Shown here: piece after piece, positions 26,997 through 35,240 of the stretch | Layout: the number at the start of each line of letters is the position of its first letter | How positions within the stretch are numbered: the first letter of the stretch is position 1 | Origin: a virus | Lineage: Duplodnaviria; Caudoviricetes | Reading direction: 5' to 3' (one strand) | DNA: 39,250 nt | IMG/VR virus record: IMGVR_UViG_3300020044_010916 | Coordinates: 1 to 39,250 of that record | Made by a program: the position numbers and the translations under genes | Notes under the pieces: generated by a model | The model's database searches: none | The model's input: the letters and a program-made list of their open reading frames with translations, nothing else | What the model was told of the DNA's origin: nothing

Positions 26997-27611
26997 TCAC
27001 GTCATCAATTGTTCAAAGCTATCGCGTACAATTTGCTCTTTTTTAGCCTTTTCAAGCTCTGATTTCTTCATCACATATGCACAAAGATACTCTGTAGCAG
27101 AAGGCTTTGAATCGCCTACGTTGTTCTCTTTGTTGTGCTCACGTTGTTTCTTTAAATGCTCGTGCATCTTGGTGACGTGGGTCATGCAGCGCTTCAGGCT
27201 CAACTCTGCGGCTTTGGCCCTTAATGACGCAACTTCGGCGTCAAGTTCGGGTGGCAGACGCTTACCATTGGCCAAATACCAGTTTAAAGAATCCTGGATT
27301 TCGTCGGTGAAATTGAGCATAACGATCCCGGTCCAATCTGTTTCGCGAGACTGCGCCCCATCTTCGCCGCCCGAGAGCCACAAGAAAAGGTCGGGGTTTG
27401 TTACCATTTTTGGACGGTCATAATACATGATTACATCGCCAGCAGAGCGTGGAACCTGGATAGAAAAACGTTCTTTTCTCCAGATTCTGTCGGATTCCAC
27501 TTCTTCCATCACAGTATCTAACGTAACAACCAACGGAGGCTTTCCATCCTCATGGACGGTAAACCTCGGCTGAAAAATCTTTGCCAAAGGGCAAAGGGCG
27601 ATAAGCATCAT
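26997..27611 (-). CDS. Hypothetical protein
   Basis: 204 aa, in operon. Confidence 0.7.
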   Translation of the reverse strand: MMLIALCPLAKIFQPRFTVHEDGKPPLVVTLDTVMEEVESDRIWRKERFSIQVPRSAGDVIMYYDRPKMVTNPDLFLWLSGGEDGAQSRETDWTGIVMLNFTDEIQDSLNWYLANGKRLPPELDAEVASLRAKAAELSLKRCMTHVTKMHEHLKKQREHNKENNVGDSKPSATEYLCAYVMKKSELEKAKKEQIVRDSFEQLMT

Positions 27612-27617
27612 TGGAAG

Positions 27618-27863
27618 TTATTCCTTTGTGATGGGGCTTTGACGCGCAATAGATGCATTTGCCAAAAACATTGCGTGATTCAGATATTTTAATGCGTCTT
27701 TCTGGTCGTCATCAATTGGGCAATTTTCCAAAATTGCATAAGCTGCGGCCTTAAGAGCAGCACGAACATTCTGAAAATTTCCGGCATACTCGCTTGCATC
27801 ATGATAGGTAAAGTCATTTTCAACTTTGGCCTTCTGGTAGTCCTTAAAGAGAGCTATCGTCAT
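27618..27863 (-). CDS. Acb2/Tad1-like helical-hairpin protein (candidate nucleotide-signal sponge)
   Basis: ENDFTYH...VRAALKAAAYAILENCP...ALKYLNHAMFLANASIAR matches the FTYH...CP...A-x-x-x-ANA-x-IAR family pattern as I recall it. Confidence 0.7.
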   Translation of the reverse strand: MTIALFKDYQKAKVENDFTYHDASEYAGNFQNVRAALKAAAYAILENCPIDDDQKDALKYLNHAMFLANASIARQSPITKE

Positions 27864-28312
27864 TTCTTGAGTCCTCGTAATTTAGATGCTGGAACGTGTT
27901 TTGCGATGTTGTCTAAATTGATTTCTTGGATGCCATTCTTTGCCACGCGTTCAACAAGGTCTTCGTTTTTTTTGATGAGCTTTAGAGCCTCCGTTGCGAA
28001 CTCCTGGCGATGTTCTTCTACTTTGGCGTGCTCAAGTTCAACGGCTGCGGTTTTTGCCTCCTCCGCGTCCCAAATCTCCCTTCGCGTGAGGTCCAGCTTC
28101 CTGCACCACTTTTCGACAAAAGACTTGGTGATTTCGATGTTCCGCATGCCCTGCAAGATGTACTTCCATTGGGTCATGGAAGGAATCAAAGGGCAATTGT
28201 AGAACTCTCGAATGGCCCACTCGCCATCTTCAAAGGTAACAATATCAAGCTGTGGGTACCCAAGCTCAACGAACCAATGGTAGTAGTCTGAATTGGCATA
28301 GCTTACTTTCAT
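27860..28312 (-). CDS. Hypothetical protein after adaptor
   Basis: 150 aa, ATGA overlaps. Confidence 0.7.
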   Translation of the reverse strand: MKVSYANSDYYHWFVELGYPQLDIVTFEDGEWAIREFYNCPLIPSMTQWKYILQGMRNIEITKSFVEKWCRKLDLTRREIWDAEEAKTAAVELEHAKVEEHRQEFATEALKLIKKNEDLVERVAKNGIQEINLDNIAKHVPASKLRGLKK

Positions 28313-28953
28313 TCGAAATCTCGTATGAATTGTGGAACCCTAGAGCGGTTATCGAGCATCTTTTTAAGAGCTTCGTACCACTCGCCCTCATATTCCTTCC
28401 AGTCCGAAACTCGCTTGCCCACTTGCGAAAGTAACTGGCTTGCAGCCCGCCACTTCACGTAATTTCGAGCCGTGTTGTCGAATTGTGGGTCCACGATGTC
28501 GCCATCGGCAAGAAGCACGCGAGGATAGAGAGAGCATTCCAAACGAAGGTAACTCGTGCCCCCTTCGGAGAGGAGAGAGGGGAACATGATCTTGTTACCC
28601 ATCAACTTATAACGGGTGGGAAACGCTTCGCCCGAGTCCACCGAGAGGTCCATGTCAAAGGACCCATCATCGAAGCGCAGCGGCAAATAGTCGGTGCCAT
28701 TGAGATAGCTGATTTTGTGAATCATCCCGATTTGAGGGGGAAGCTCGCAATTATTCGTTCCGGCTGTGGTGTTCAAGAACATGACTTGTTGAAGCCACCC
28801 TTCGCCTGCAATCATCATATGCACTGCCACATAATCCAGACAATCCTTGATGGCTCCATGCACTTTTGCGGGAGTGAAAAAACCCGTGTAAGTCGTGTCT
28901 CGGTTCAACAATTCGAGGATTTCGCCTTCTAATTCTGCTCTGGTTAATCCCAT
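28309..28953 (-). CDS. Head-tail adaptor protein
   Basis: Start MGLTRAELEGEI; PTRYKLMGNKIMFP...LRLECS...IVDPQFD...YVKWRAA architecture; 214 aa. Confidence 0.7.
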   Translation of the reverse strand: MGLTRAELEGEILELLNRDTTYTGFFTPAKVHGAIKDCLDYVAVHMMIAGEGWLQQVMFLNTTAGTNNCELPPQIGMIHKISYLNGTDYLPLRFDDGSFDMDLSVDSGEAFPTRYKLMGNKIMFPSLLSEGGTSYLRLECSLYPRVLLADGDIVDPQFDNTARNYVKWRAASQLLSQVGKRVSDWKEYEGEWYEALKKMLDNRSRVPQFIRDFE

Positions 28954-30260
28954 TCTCTGTAATCCTGTGACATGGCCCTTCGCATGTTCCACGCTGCTGC
29001 TGATAGATCATCATCCATGTGTGGGTTGCGTTCAGGCTTTTTGCGTTCGAAATTTGACAGTTCGCGAACAAGGTAACGCAAGGCCGCCTCGGCGTCAAAA
29101 TGTCCCCATGTGCATTGGGAATAGTCGATTTCCCCCTCTTTGGTCGCCTTTTTGGTTTCCCAAACTGCCGCGTTCAAGTCTCGAATGAGGTTCTTGCACC
29201 GTGGGTGGATTTTGATCCTGTCCTTCCAAAACATCTCTTTGATCTGCATGCGTGCGCCCATTATGTTTATCTTATTGGCAAGCCCCGCTTGAATTCCGCG
29301 CCTGTTTAACTCTTCAATCTTGGCGGGGTCATGGTCCGAAACACAGGCAAATGACGTTACTTTATAGTGCTCATGCACGGATTTAATGCTTGCAGCTGTT
29401 ACCTCTGGCATCTCGTTTTTCTTGTAGTGTTCATCAAACACATGCAGCACTTCGTCTTTTACGTACGCAAAGAGCACGCAGGTTGCAGATGGATCAAAGC
29501 CCCAGTCAATCGCCTCCACAACCATTTGCCAGTCGCCAGGGTTCTCAATGGTGGGGTCGATGTGATTTGCTGTGAATTCTGGATAAGCACGCCCTTGGAA
29601 AGTCACCCATTCGCATTCATATTCCTGTCGGAAAATATCGGGAAGCGTGGTTTTTCGAAGCTCCTCGAATTCCTCTATCGTAACAAGCCCCATTTCAACA
29701 AGGCGAGACAAAGGAATGCGGATGGACTTGAATCCTAGCTCTGCTGCATTGTCAAAAAGGTCTTTCCAGCCGTTGTGCCCGTTGGTTGTCGACTCTAATA
29801 ACACATAGCCCGCTGTGGTTCGAAGCGTGGGCTTTATGCACTTTTGAAACACGTCATTTACTGTTACGCCATGCTCAAGTTTCGAGAAAGCCACCTCAGA
29901 CCAATGAATAAAGTGATAAGTCCCCCCTCGAAGTCTATCGGGGTCCTTGTCAACGCTATCCAAAAAGCAGATGGCCGTTTTGTGGTCCTTGCGGATGATC
30001 GCTTCAGTGTTAACGTTGAAGGCTTCCTTCTGGAAAAGTCGAAAGAATTTCTCCCGTGCTGCCTTTTTGCCTGCACTCTTAGACTTCGCTAGAAACAGGG
30101 CAGAATGGGTTTGTGGCACATCTAAAAGTTGCCTGACCATTCGTACCCCAAGCTCTGTTTTGCCCTCCTGCCGGGGCAGAATGAGCATCAGGCGACGTTC
30201 GCGCAGAAGCACGCTTGCACACAGGGCTTGAATGGGCTTTAGAGTGCGGAAATCGATCAT
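28944..30260 (-). CDS. terL: Terminase large subunit
   Basis: Walker A PRQEGKT, DRLRGG, ESTTNGHN, FRQEYECEW, nuclease AIDWG. Confidence 0.92.
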   Translation of the reverse strand: MIDFRTLKPIQALCASVLLRERRLMLILPRQEGKTELGVRMVRQLLDVPQTHSALFLAKSKSAGKKAAREKFFRLFQKEAFNVNTEAIIRKDHKTAICFLDSVDKDPDRLRGGTYHFIHWSEVAFSKLEHGVTVNDVFQKCIKPTLRTTAGYVLLESTTNGHNGWKDLFDNAAELGFKSIRIPLSRLVEMGLVTIEEFEELRKTTLPDIFRQEYECEWVTFQGRAYPEFTANHIDPTIENPGDWQMVVEAIDWGFDPSATCVLFAYVKDEVLHVFDEHYKKNEMPEVTAASIKSVHEHYKVTSFACVSDHDPAKIEELNRRGIQAGLANKINIMGARMQIKEMFWKDRIKIHPRCKNLIRDLNAAVWETKKATKEGEIDYSQCTWGHFDAEAALRYLVRELSNFERKKPERNPHMDDDLSAAAWNMRRAMSQDYREWD

Positions 30261-31042
30261 CTGCGGCGCAGGGCATTCTTGTTACGTTGCGCAAGGAACT
30301 CTTGGCGCAGAGTCGCTTGGACTTCGGAACGTAGTTGCGAGTCTTCAATCATCTGCGCTTCTTGCCAAGCCTGGGAGAAGTCTTCTTGCGTGATCGGAGC
30401 GGTTGCCTCACGCACTTCTTCGACGATTTGCCGAGCTTTGGGAGGCACTGCGGCCATCACAAAGTGCTTTACCATTTTCTTACGCGCTGCATCATCATTG
30501 ATGACTTTCTGGAAAATCGCAGGCTCTTTTTCGCGCAGATATTTAAGTTCTTGAACGATAGAGCCCTCAATTGCGGTCCTGATATGGGGCGATTCTTGCC
30601 CGCCATAGACTTGGTTTAGCTGCGCCCGAATTGTCTTGTCGATATCGGAATAGGCCATATTTTCATCGGTGGTAGACGGGTCATCTAGCCGCTCTTGGCG
30701 TGCTTGGAGCTGCTGGATGATTTGCGTGGCCTTAGCAAGCTGCTTTTGGGTGTCCATCAATTGCGTGGCGACTTGCACGGTGATGGGCATGGGCTGACCG
30801 TTTTTCTCTGCTTCAAATGCCGCATTCATAATCTGGTCGAACCATTCGTCTTGTGCGGGTTCGCCGTCTTCGCCAGTAAAAACTGCTTGAAGTTTGGAGA
30901 GGATTTGCTCGTTCCTTGAAGATTTGCTTGCGGCCTCTGAGGCTGTTTGTCGAGTCTCGCCCATTTCGCGTTGGTACTGCTGAAAAAAATCGGAGCCTGT
31001 GCTTTCACCTGCTCCGCCGTCGCCGCCTGTTTCTACGCTCAT
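30257..31042 (-). CDS. Putative capsid scaffolding protein
   Basis: 261 aa acidic, Q/E-rich helical with basic C-terminus. Confidence 0.5.
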   Translation of the reverse strand: MSVETGGDGGAGESTGSDFFQQYQREMGETRQTASEAASKSSRNEQILSKLQAVFTGEDGEPAQDEWFDQIMNAAFEAEKNGQPMPITVQVATQLMDTQKQLAKATQIIQQLQARQERLDDPSTTDENMAYSDIDKTIRAQLNQVYGGQESPHIRTAIEGSIVQELKYLREKEPAIFQKVINDDAARKKMVKHFVMAAVPPKARQIVEEVREATAPITQEDFSQAWQEAQMIEDSQLRSEVQATLRQEFLAQRNKNALRRR

Positions 31043-31078
31043 TGTTACCCCTGTCTATGGTAACAAAGACGCGCTCTG

Positions 31079-31486
31079 TTACCTGTGTTTTAGTGCAGAA
31101 ATTATCTTGGAAAACGTGTTGGAAATCTTAGTTTTCTGGGAAAAAGCTTTCGGTGCAGCTTCAAGCGCGGTCGCGGCTCTACGTGCCAGAACTAGATTAC
31201 GCGATGACTCTTCTTCCGCTTCTTCTTCCAAGAAATCGTCGTTCAAAGCCTGCTTGGGACTAAGCCCCAATGCTCTGGAACGCTCCAAAATGCCCAACTT
31301 CTGTTCAGTGTTACGGTATTTATTCTCTTTCCTTTTCAGGAATTTGTCTAGCAGCGTGTCCGCAACGGCATCGGTCATCTTGATTCTGTTCGCCGAAATA
31401 AGACCACGGTCAAGGAGATCGTTTAAGGTCCGATCTGTTTCCGTTTCGTTATTTCTGCGCTTTGCCAGCATCCAGTCATACGCCAT
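31079..31486 (-). CDS. Small charged helical protein
   Basis: 135 aa, in operon. Confidence 0.65.
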   Translation of the reverse strand: MAYDWMLAKRRNNETETDRTLNDLLDRGLISANRIKMTDAVADTLLDKFLKRKENKYRNTEQKLGILERSRALGLSPKQALNDDFLEEEAEEESSRNLVLARRAATALEAAPKAFSQKTKISNTFSKIISALKHR

Positions 31487-32096
31487 TTTGAACCTGCTTT
31501 TTCTTCTTGCGGTTGCGAAGTGCTTGGGCTTTATTTTTGATAAAGTCTGCCTGCATTCCTTCGTCTGACCCTATCGCTGCGGAACCAGCGCCCCCAAGAG
31601 ACGCACCCAGCATTGAGCCGAGCATCGTTCGCGTCTTGCTGGGATCAGCACCCCATTTTTTGAATTTATCTATGACCATGTTTTCCGAAGGAGCTGCATT
31701 TTTGAGACCATTGGCAATTTTAGAGCCCATTTTCCCGGTTTTTCCGATGGCATCAACCATTCTTCCGAGCTTCCCGGATGCTGCCACCCCTCCAATCCCT
31801 GCACCCAAAAGACCACCACCAACAAGGCCCCCAAGAGCGCCCCTGTTGGTAAATCCATCTGTTTCGTTAGCCTTTGGTGCTCCCAGGATTAAATCACCTG
31901 CCAGACCTGCGGTACCAGCCAGGAGAGAGGAGATGACTGCTCCTTTTCCACCGGCTTTTGCGATCTGCTTAAAGGACTTCGTACCCTCGCCCATGAGAGC
32001 TTGCCCACCACCTAAAGCAGCGCCCCCCGCCGCAGCGGAGAGCATAAAATCGCGCAGACGTTGGGCACGGGTTTTTTTGCTGAAATCTTCAGACAC
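31476..32096 (-). CDS. Glycine-zipper protein
   Basis: Several GxxxG segments, e.g. GALGGLVGGGLLGAGIGG; basic tail. Confidence 0.7.
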   Translation of the reverse strand: MSEDFSKKTRAQRLRDFMLSAAAGGAALGGGQALMGEGTKSFKQIAKAGGKGAVISSLLAGTAGLAGDLILGAPKANETDGFTNRGALGGLVGGGLLGAGIGGVAASGKLGRMVDAIGKTGKMGSKIANGLKNAAPSENMVIDKFKKWGADPSKTRTMLGSMLGASLGGAGSAAIGSDEGMQADFIKNKAQALRNRKKKKQVQNGV

Positions 32097-32099
32097 CTG

Positions 32100-32480
32100 T
32101 TACCTCTTTTCTGCAAAGTTGGCGGCCAACTTTTTTAGCCTTTGCATGTCTTCAGAAGAGAGAGCTTGCTTGGCGTCTCCGATGTGTCCTGAGGTCTTCT
32201 CTGCCAAGCCCAAAAATCGCTGCGTTGTGGGATGGTCCAAAAGCTTAGGCAAAAGAGCCCCAAGACCTGCGACACCACCCATTGCGGCCCCTTTTCCAAG
32301 GTTCTGCAGGATGATTTCTTTGCGCTTGAGGTCTTTATACTGCTCAAGCCCTTTGTGCGCCCCATACGCTGCAACGGGTGCTCCAACTGCTGCCGCTGCT
32401 GTGGTCTTAGGGTTTTCGGCAAGCTTTTTGACGAGCCCACTGTTACCTATTTTTTGCAGAATGGACGCTAGCTTTTGCAT
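32100..32480 (-). CDS. Amphipathic glycine-zipper small protein
   Basis: MQKLASILQKIGNSGL N-helix; GAAMGGVAGLG. Confidence 0.7.
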   Translation of the reverse strand: MQKLASILQKIGNSGLVKKLAENPKTTAAAAVGAPVAAYGAHKGLEQYKDLKRKEIILQNLGKGAAMGGVAGLGALLPKLLDHPTTQRFLGLAEKTSGHIGDAKQALSSEDMQRLKKLAANFAEKR

Positions 32481-32483
32481 GAA

Positions 32484-32768
32484 TTACTCCATCCAGTCGC
32501 GGGATTTCTTCTTGGCTTTCTTGAAAATTTCTTCCATTCCTTCGTCTTCGTCGTCGTCTTTCGTGCCTAAATAGGCAGCCCCTGCACCTGCCCCTGCTGT
32601 TACTCCAAGTGCCCTATTGCGCATTTGTTGCCGGCTGATGCCTGCCTTTGGCTTGGCGCGAACTAAGCCCTCTCCGCCTTCGCCAAGAGCCTTTTGTCCT
32701 GCATGACCAACCTTCTCAGCTAGGCCACTTTTTCCCAATTTAGAGAGGAGACGCTTTATAAATTCCAT
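32484..32768 (-). CDS. Amphipathic glycine-zipper small protein
   Basis: Likely start MEFIKRLLSKLGKSGL (GGAG SD); 94 aa. Confidence 0.7.
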   Translation of the reverse strand: MEFIKRLLSKLGKSGLAEKVGHAGQKALGEGGEGLVRAKPKAGISRQQMRNRALGVTAGAGAGAAYLGTKDDDEDEGMEEIFKKAKKKSRDWME

Positions 32769-32769
32769 T

Positions 32770-32976
32770 TTATTTCTCCATATACTTTCGCCAATTTTTC
32801 TTCTTTTTATCGGGGCCAGGATAATAATCTTCTTCTTTGCCGACTTCGCCCCGTGTGTACTTATCGTCGATATCAGCGGGCCGAGCGTATTCCTCGGTCG
32901 CAAACCAACCTTCGCCCGCATATTTCATTGGGTTTATGTCGTCTTTTGCAGCCTGTTTAAACTCGTCCCGCGTCAT
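32770..32976 (-). CDS. Small charged protein
   Basis: 68 aa; fills the operon gap without overlap. Confidence 0.6.
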   Translation of the reverse strand: MTRDEFKQAAKDDINPMKYAGEGWFATEEYARPADIDDKYTRGEVGKEEDYYPGPDKKKKNWRKYMEK

Positions 32977-32981
32977 CTTCT

Positions 32982-33314
32982 TTACCCCTTTTTTTTTTCA
33001 GGGATGGTTCCTTTAGGGGCACGGTAGCGGTGGACTTTCTTGTCCCAGCCGATAGTTTTTCCCTTTTTGTCCTTGCGGTCTGTGCGGGATATATCCACGA
33101 GATAATCAAAGGGGTCTTCATCATCAGACGACTTGTTACCCATCTGAGACATCACGCCGCCACCACCTCCCCCAGAAGGAGGATTTGCGCGCCTGTCCAT
33201 CGCTTCGCCGTAGTGATTGTTTACCACACTGCGAGCTTCTTTGGCCCCCATGGAGCTTTTAAGCAGGTCCACAAGCGTTTCACGTAACTGGTCATCAGGT
33301 TTAACTCTAGCCAT
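32982..33314 (-). CDS. Small basic protein
   Basis: Start MARVKPDD with GGAGG SD; 110 aa. Confidence 0.65.
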   Translation of the reverse strand: MARVKPDDQLRETLVDLLKSSMGAKEARSVVNNHYGEAMDRRANPPSGGGGGGVMSQMGNKSSDDEDPFDYLVDISRTDRKDKKGKTIGWDKKVHRYRAPKGTIPEKKKG

Positions 33315-33340
33315 TTGCAGCCCTCCCAAGCGTTTCTTTC

Positions 33341-34633
33341 TTAGATTACGCCTGAAGGGATAGCAAGGCCAGAAATCTTGCCAGTCAGGTTACGTTGTTT
33401 AACAACGGTATTCGCCCAAAAACGATAGAAGGAGCTGAGGGAGTCGTAGCCTTGGCGGAAGCGGAATTCTGAGCCGTCTTCATCAGCCAACGAAGGCGCA
33501 TCGCTGTAGTCAGTTCCCAGCATCATCGCGCTAGGGTGCCAGAAATAAAACACGTCAGGCTCACAGTTTTTATCTTCGAGCATGTCGAATTCTGTGGGCT
33601 TCATGTTCTTCTGGTCTTCGCCCATTTTAAGGGGAGAGAAGGTCAAGGAAGACGCGCCTGTATCGAAGTTATTCGAGTTGAAACGACGTTGGTTGAGGAA
33701 CTGGCTAAGGTAACTGCGCTTTTGACCAGGGTTGAACACCATGTTCTTAGGGTATTTTCCACCGATGATGTACATACTGTCGAACTGCAACTGCAAGAGT
33801 TCTTGCGAGATGTTACCATTTGCAGCGCTCTGATTTGTGCTCATCCATTGGGCATATGTTGAAGGGGATAAATTTCCTAGTGAAAGGGAGTTGTCCGTCA
33901 TTCGGTCGAGACCGCAAATATATCTGCCGTCAGAAGGCTCATTTGCTGCTAGTGCCCCATACACAACTAGCTTATCACCCGCTACAGCTCCCGCAGGAAC
34001 TGCACCCGATCCAAAGGTTGCGTCAATGTAAGGTTTGCGGGCCATGCGGTCTGTTCCCTTAACCGCAATCATGATCGAGCCACGCTTGGTAGCGTAAGTC
34101 GAGTCGTACCAGTCAAATTTCATTTCAGGGCGAATACGGGCAGTCGTCACAGCCGTAAAAGATGCAGCGGCTGCGGTTGCAGTGTCCACTGTTGCGCGGT
34201 ATCCACGGCCATTACCGTAAAGGTCGAAGTCCAAGTTGGACATGAAGGACAACAAGGTTCCCTTCAACAAATCGTCCATGTACTTGCCGCCTGCACGACC
34301 ACCGTTGTGCCCACGGGTAGCAGCAAACTGGGTCGCTTCTGCGGTTGAGTACATCAATTTAGCGCGGTATTTAGCGAATACTTCTTTAACCATGCCAGAC
34401 TCAGGAAGACGTTCACCATCGACAATTGCCGCGTAGGACTCATTGATAGTCAATTTCACTGGTACGTTAAAATTGAGTCCATCAAATTGCACGCCTTCAT
34501 CGCCAGACGAAACCTTACGAATTTTGTTGTAAAGCGAGCTTTGGATGTGCTCTTGGTACTCCACATCGTTTGCATAAAGTTCTTGCAATCCACCAAAAGT
34601 TTCAAAATTACTATCAAAAATAGCAGCAGTCAT
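33341..34633 (-). CDS. Major capsid protein (HK97 fold)
   Basis: 430 aa from MTAAIFD; GLNFNVPV...GERLP...DLYGNGRG...ICGL...QRNLTGKISGL pattern. Confidence 0.85.
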   Translation of the reverse strand: MTAAIFDSNFETFGGLQELYANDVEYQEHIQSSLYNKIRKVSSGDEGVQFDGLNFNVPVKLTINESYAAIVDGERLPESGMVKEVFAKYRAKLMYSTAEATQFAATRGHNGGRAGGKYMDDLLKGTLLSFMSNLDFDLYGNGRGYRATVDTATAAAASFTAVTTARIRPEMKFDWYDSTYATKRGSIMIAVKGTDRMARKPYIDATFGSGAVPAGAVAGDKLVVYGALAANEPSDGRYICGLDRMTDNSLSLGNLSPSTYAQWMSTNQSAANGNISQELLQLQFDSMYIIGGKYPKNMVFNPGQKRSYLSQFLNQRRFNSNNFDTGASSLTFSPLKMGEDQKNMKPTEFDMLEDKNCEPDVFYFWHPSAMMLGTDYSDAPSLADEDGSEFRFRQGYDSLSSFYRFWANTVVKQRNLTGKISGLAIPSGVI

Positions 34634-34654
34634 TAAATTTTCCCCTGGTTTTTT

Positions 34655-34690
34655 GGCAGTCATCCATGACCGCCTAAGTTCTTCCTGAAC
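34655..34690 (-). promoter_or_regulatory. Tandem GGA-loop hairpins (CsrA/RsmA-type) in the capsid leader
   Basis: GTTC-AGGAA-GAAC and GGCGGTCA-TGGA-TGACTGCC. Confidence 0.6.
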
Positions 34691-34718
34691 GCAAAACCCC
34701 AGAAACTGCACAAAACCC

Positions 34719-34745
34719 TGTTACTGTGTCAAGTAACAACGTAAC
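34719..34745 (-). promoter_or_regulatory. TTGACA box flanked by GTAAC repeats
   Basis: TGTTAC-TG-TGTCAA-GTAACAAC-GTAAC in the divergent intergenic region. Confidence 0.45.
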
Positions 34746-34774
34746 GGCAAGAATCGCAGGCATGAGAGGATGGT

Positions 34775-35122
34775 ATGACGCGGCCAAAGAAGCCCAAAGA
34801 GTTTGCAAAACCAACAGTGAGAAAGAAGCCCAATCCAAGGCCAAAGAAGGCCCCTATCCCCTCTCCACCCACCGAAGAGGAGGAACTAGCTGCGATTGAG
34901 AAAGAGGCGGTTAGCGAGATTAAAATCGGGCTTGAGGTACTTCGGGAGATTGCTTCGGGTGCGGGGCAGTATGAGCCCACGGAACGAGTGGCGGCCGCCA
35001 AGGCTTTGATTGCCTACGGCAGTTCTCAGATTGTGCATGTTCGAAAGGTCAGAAAGCCGGTGGAAAAGCCGCAGGAAAAGATTGCGCAGTTAACTTTGTT
35101 CGATTTTCCGATTTCGAAATGA
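34775..35122 (+). CDS. Terminase small subunit-like protein with C-terminal QLTLF motif
   Basis: LEVLREIA...ERVAAAKALI helical core, basic N-terminus, GAGGA SD. Confidence 0.5.
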   Translation: MTRPKKPKEFAKPTVRKKPNPRPKKAPIPSPPTEEEELAAIEKEAVSEIKIGLEVLREIASGAGQYEPTERVAAAKALIAYGSSQIVHVRKVRKPVEKPQEKIAQLTLFDFPISK

Positions 35123-35240
35123 GTGTTGCACGCGCACAAATCGCCATCGCTGCAACGCGATCAAAGGCTGAAGGTAAGAGATGGACCCAATTAATTAGGT
35201 GCGGCTTGTGTTACTTTGATGGCACTAAGAGAGCATGGAA

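Noticed and set aside
31507-32574. 355-aa plus-strand ORF
   Set aside because: Antisense shadow of Gly/Ala-rich minus-strand genes that have SDs and tight coupling
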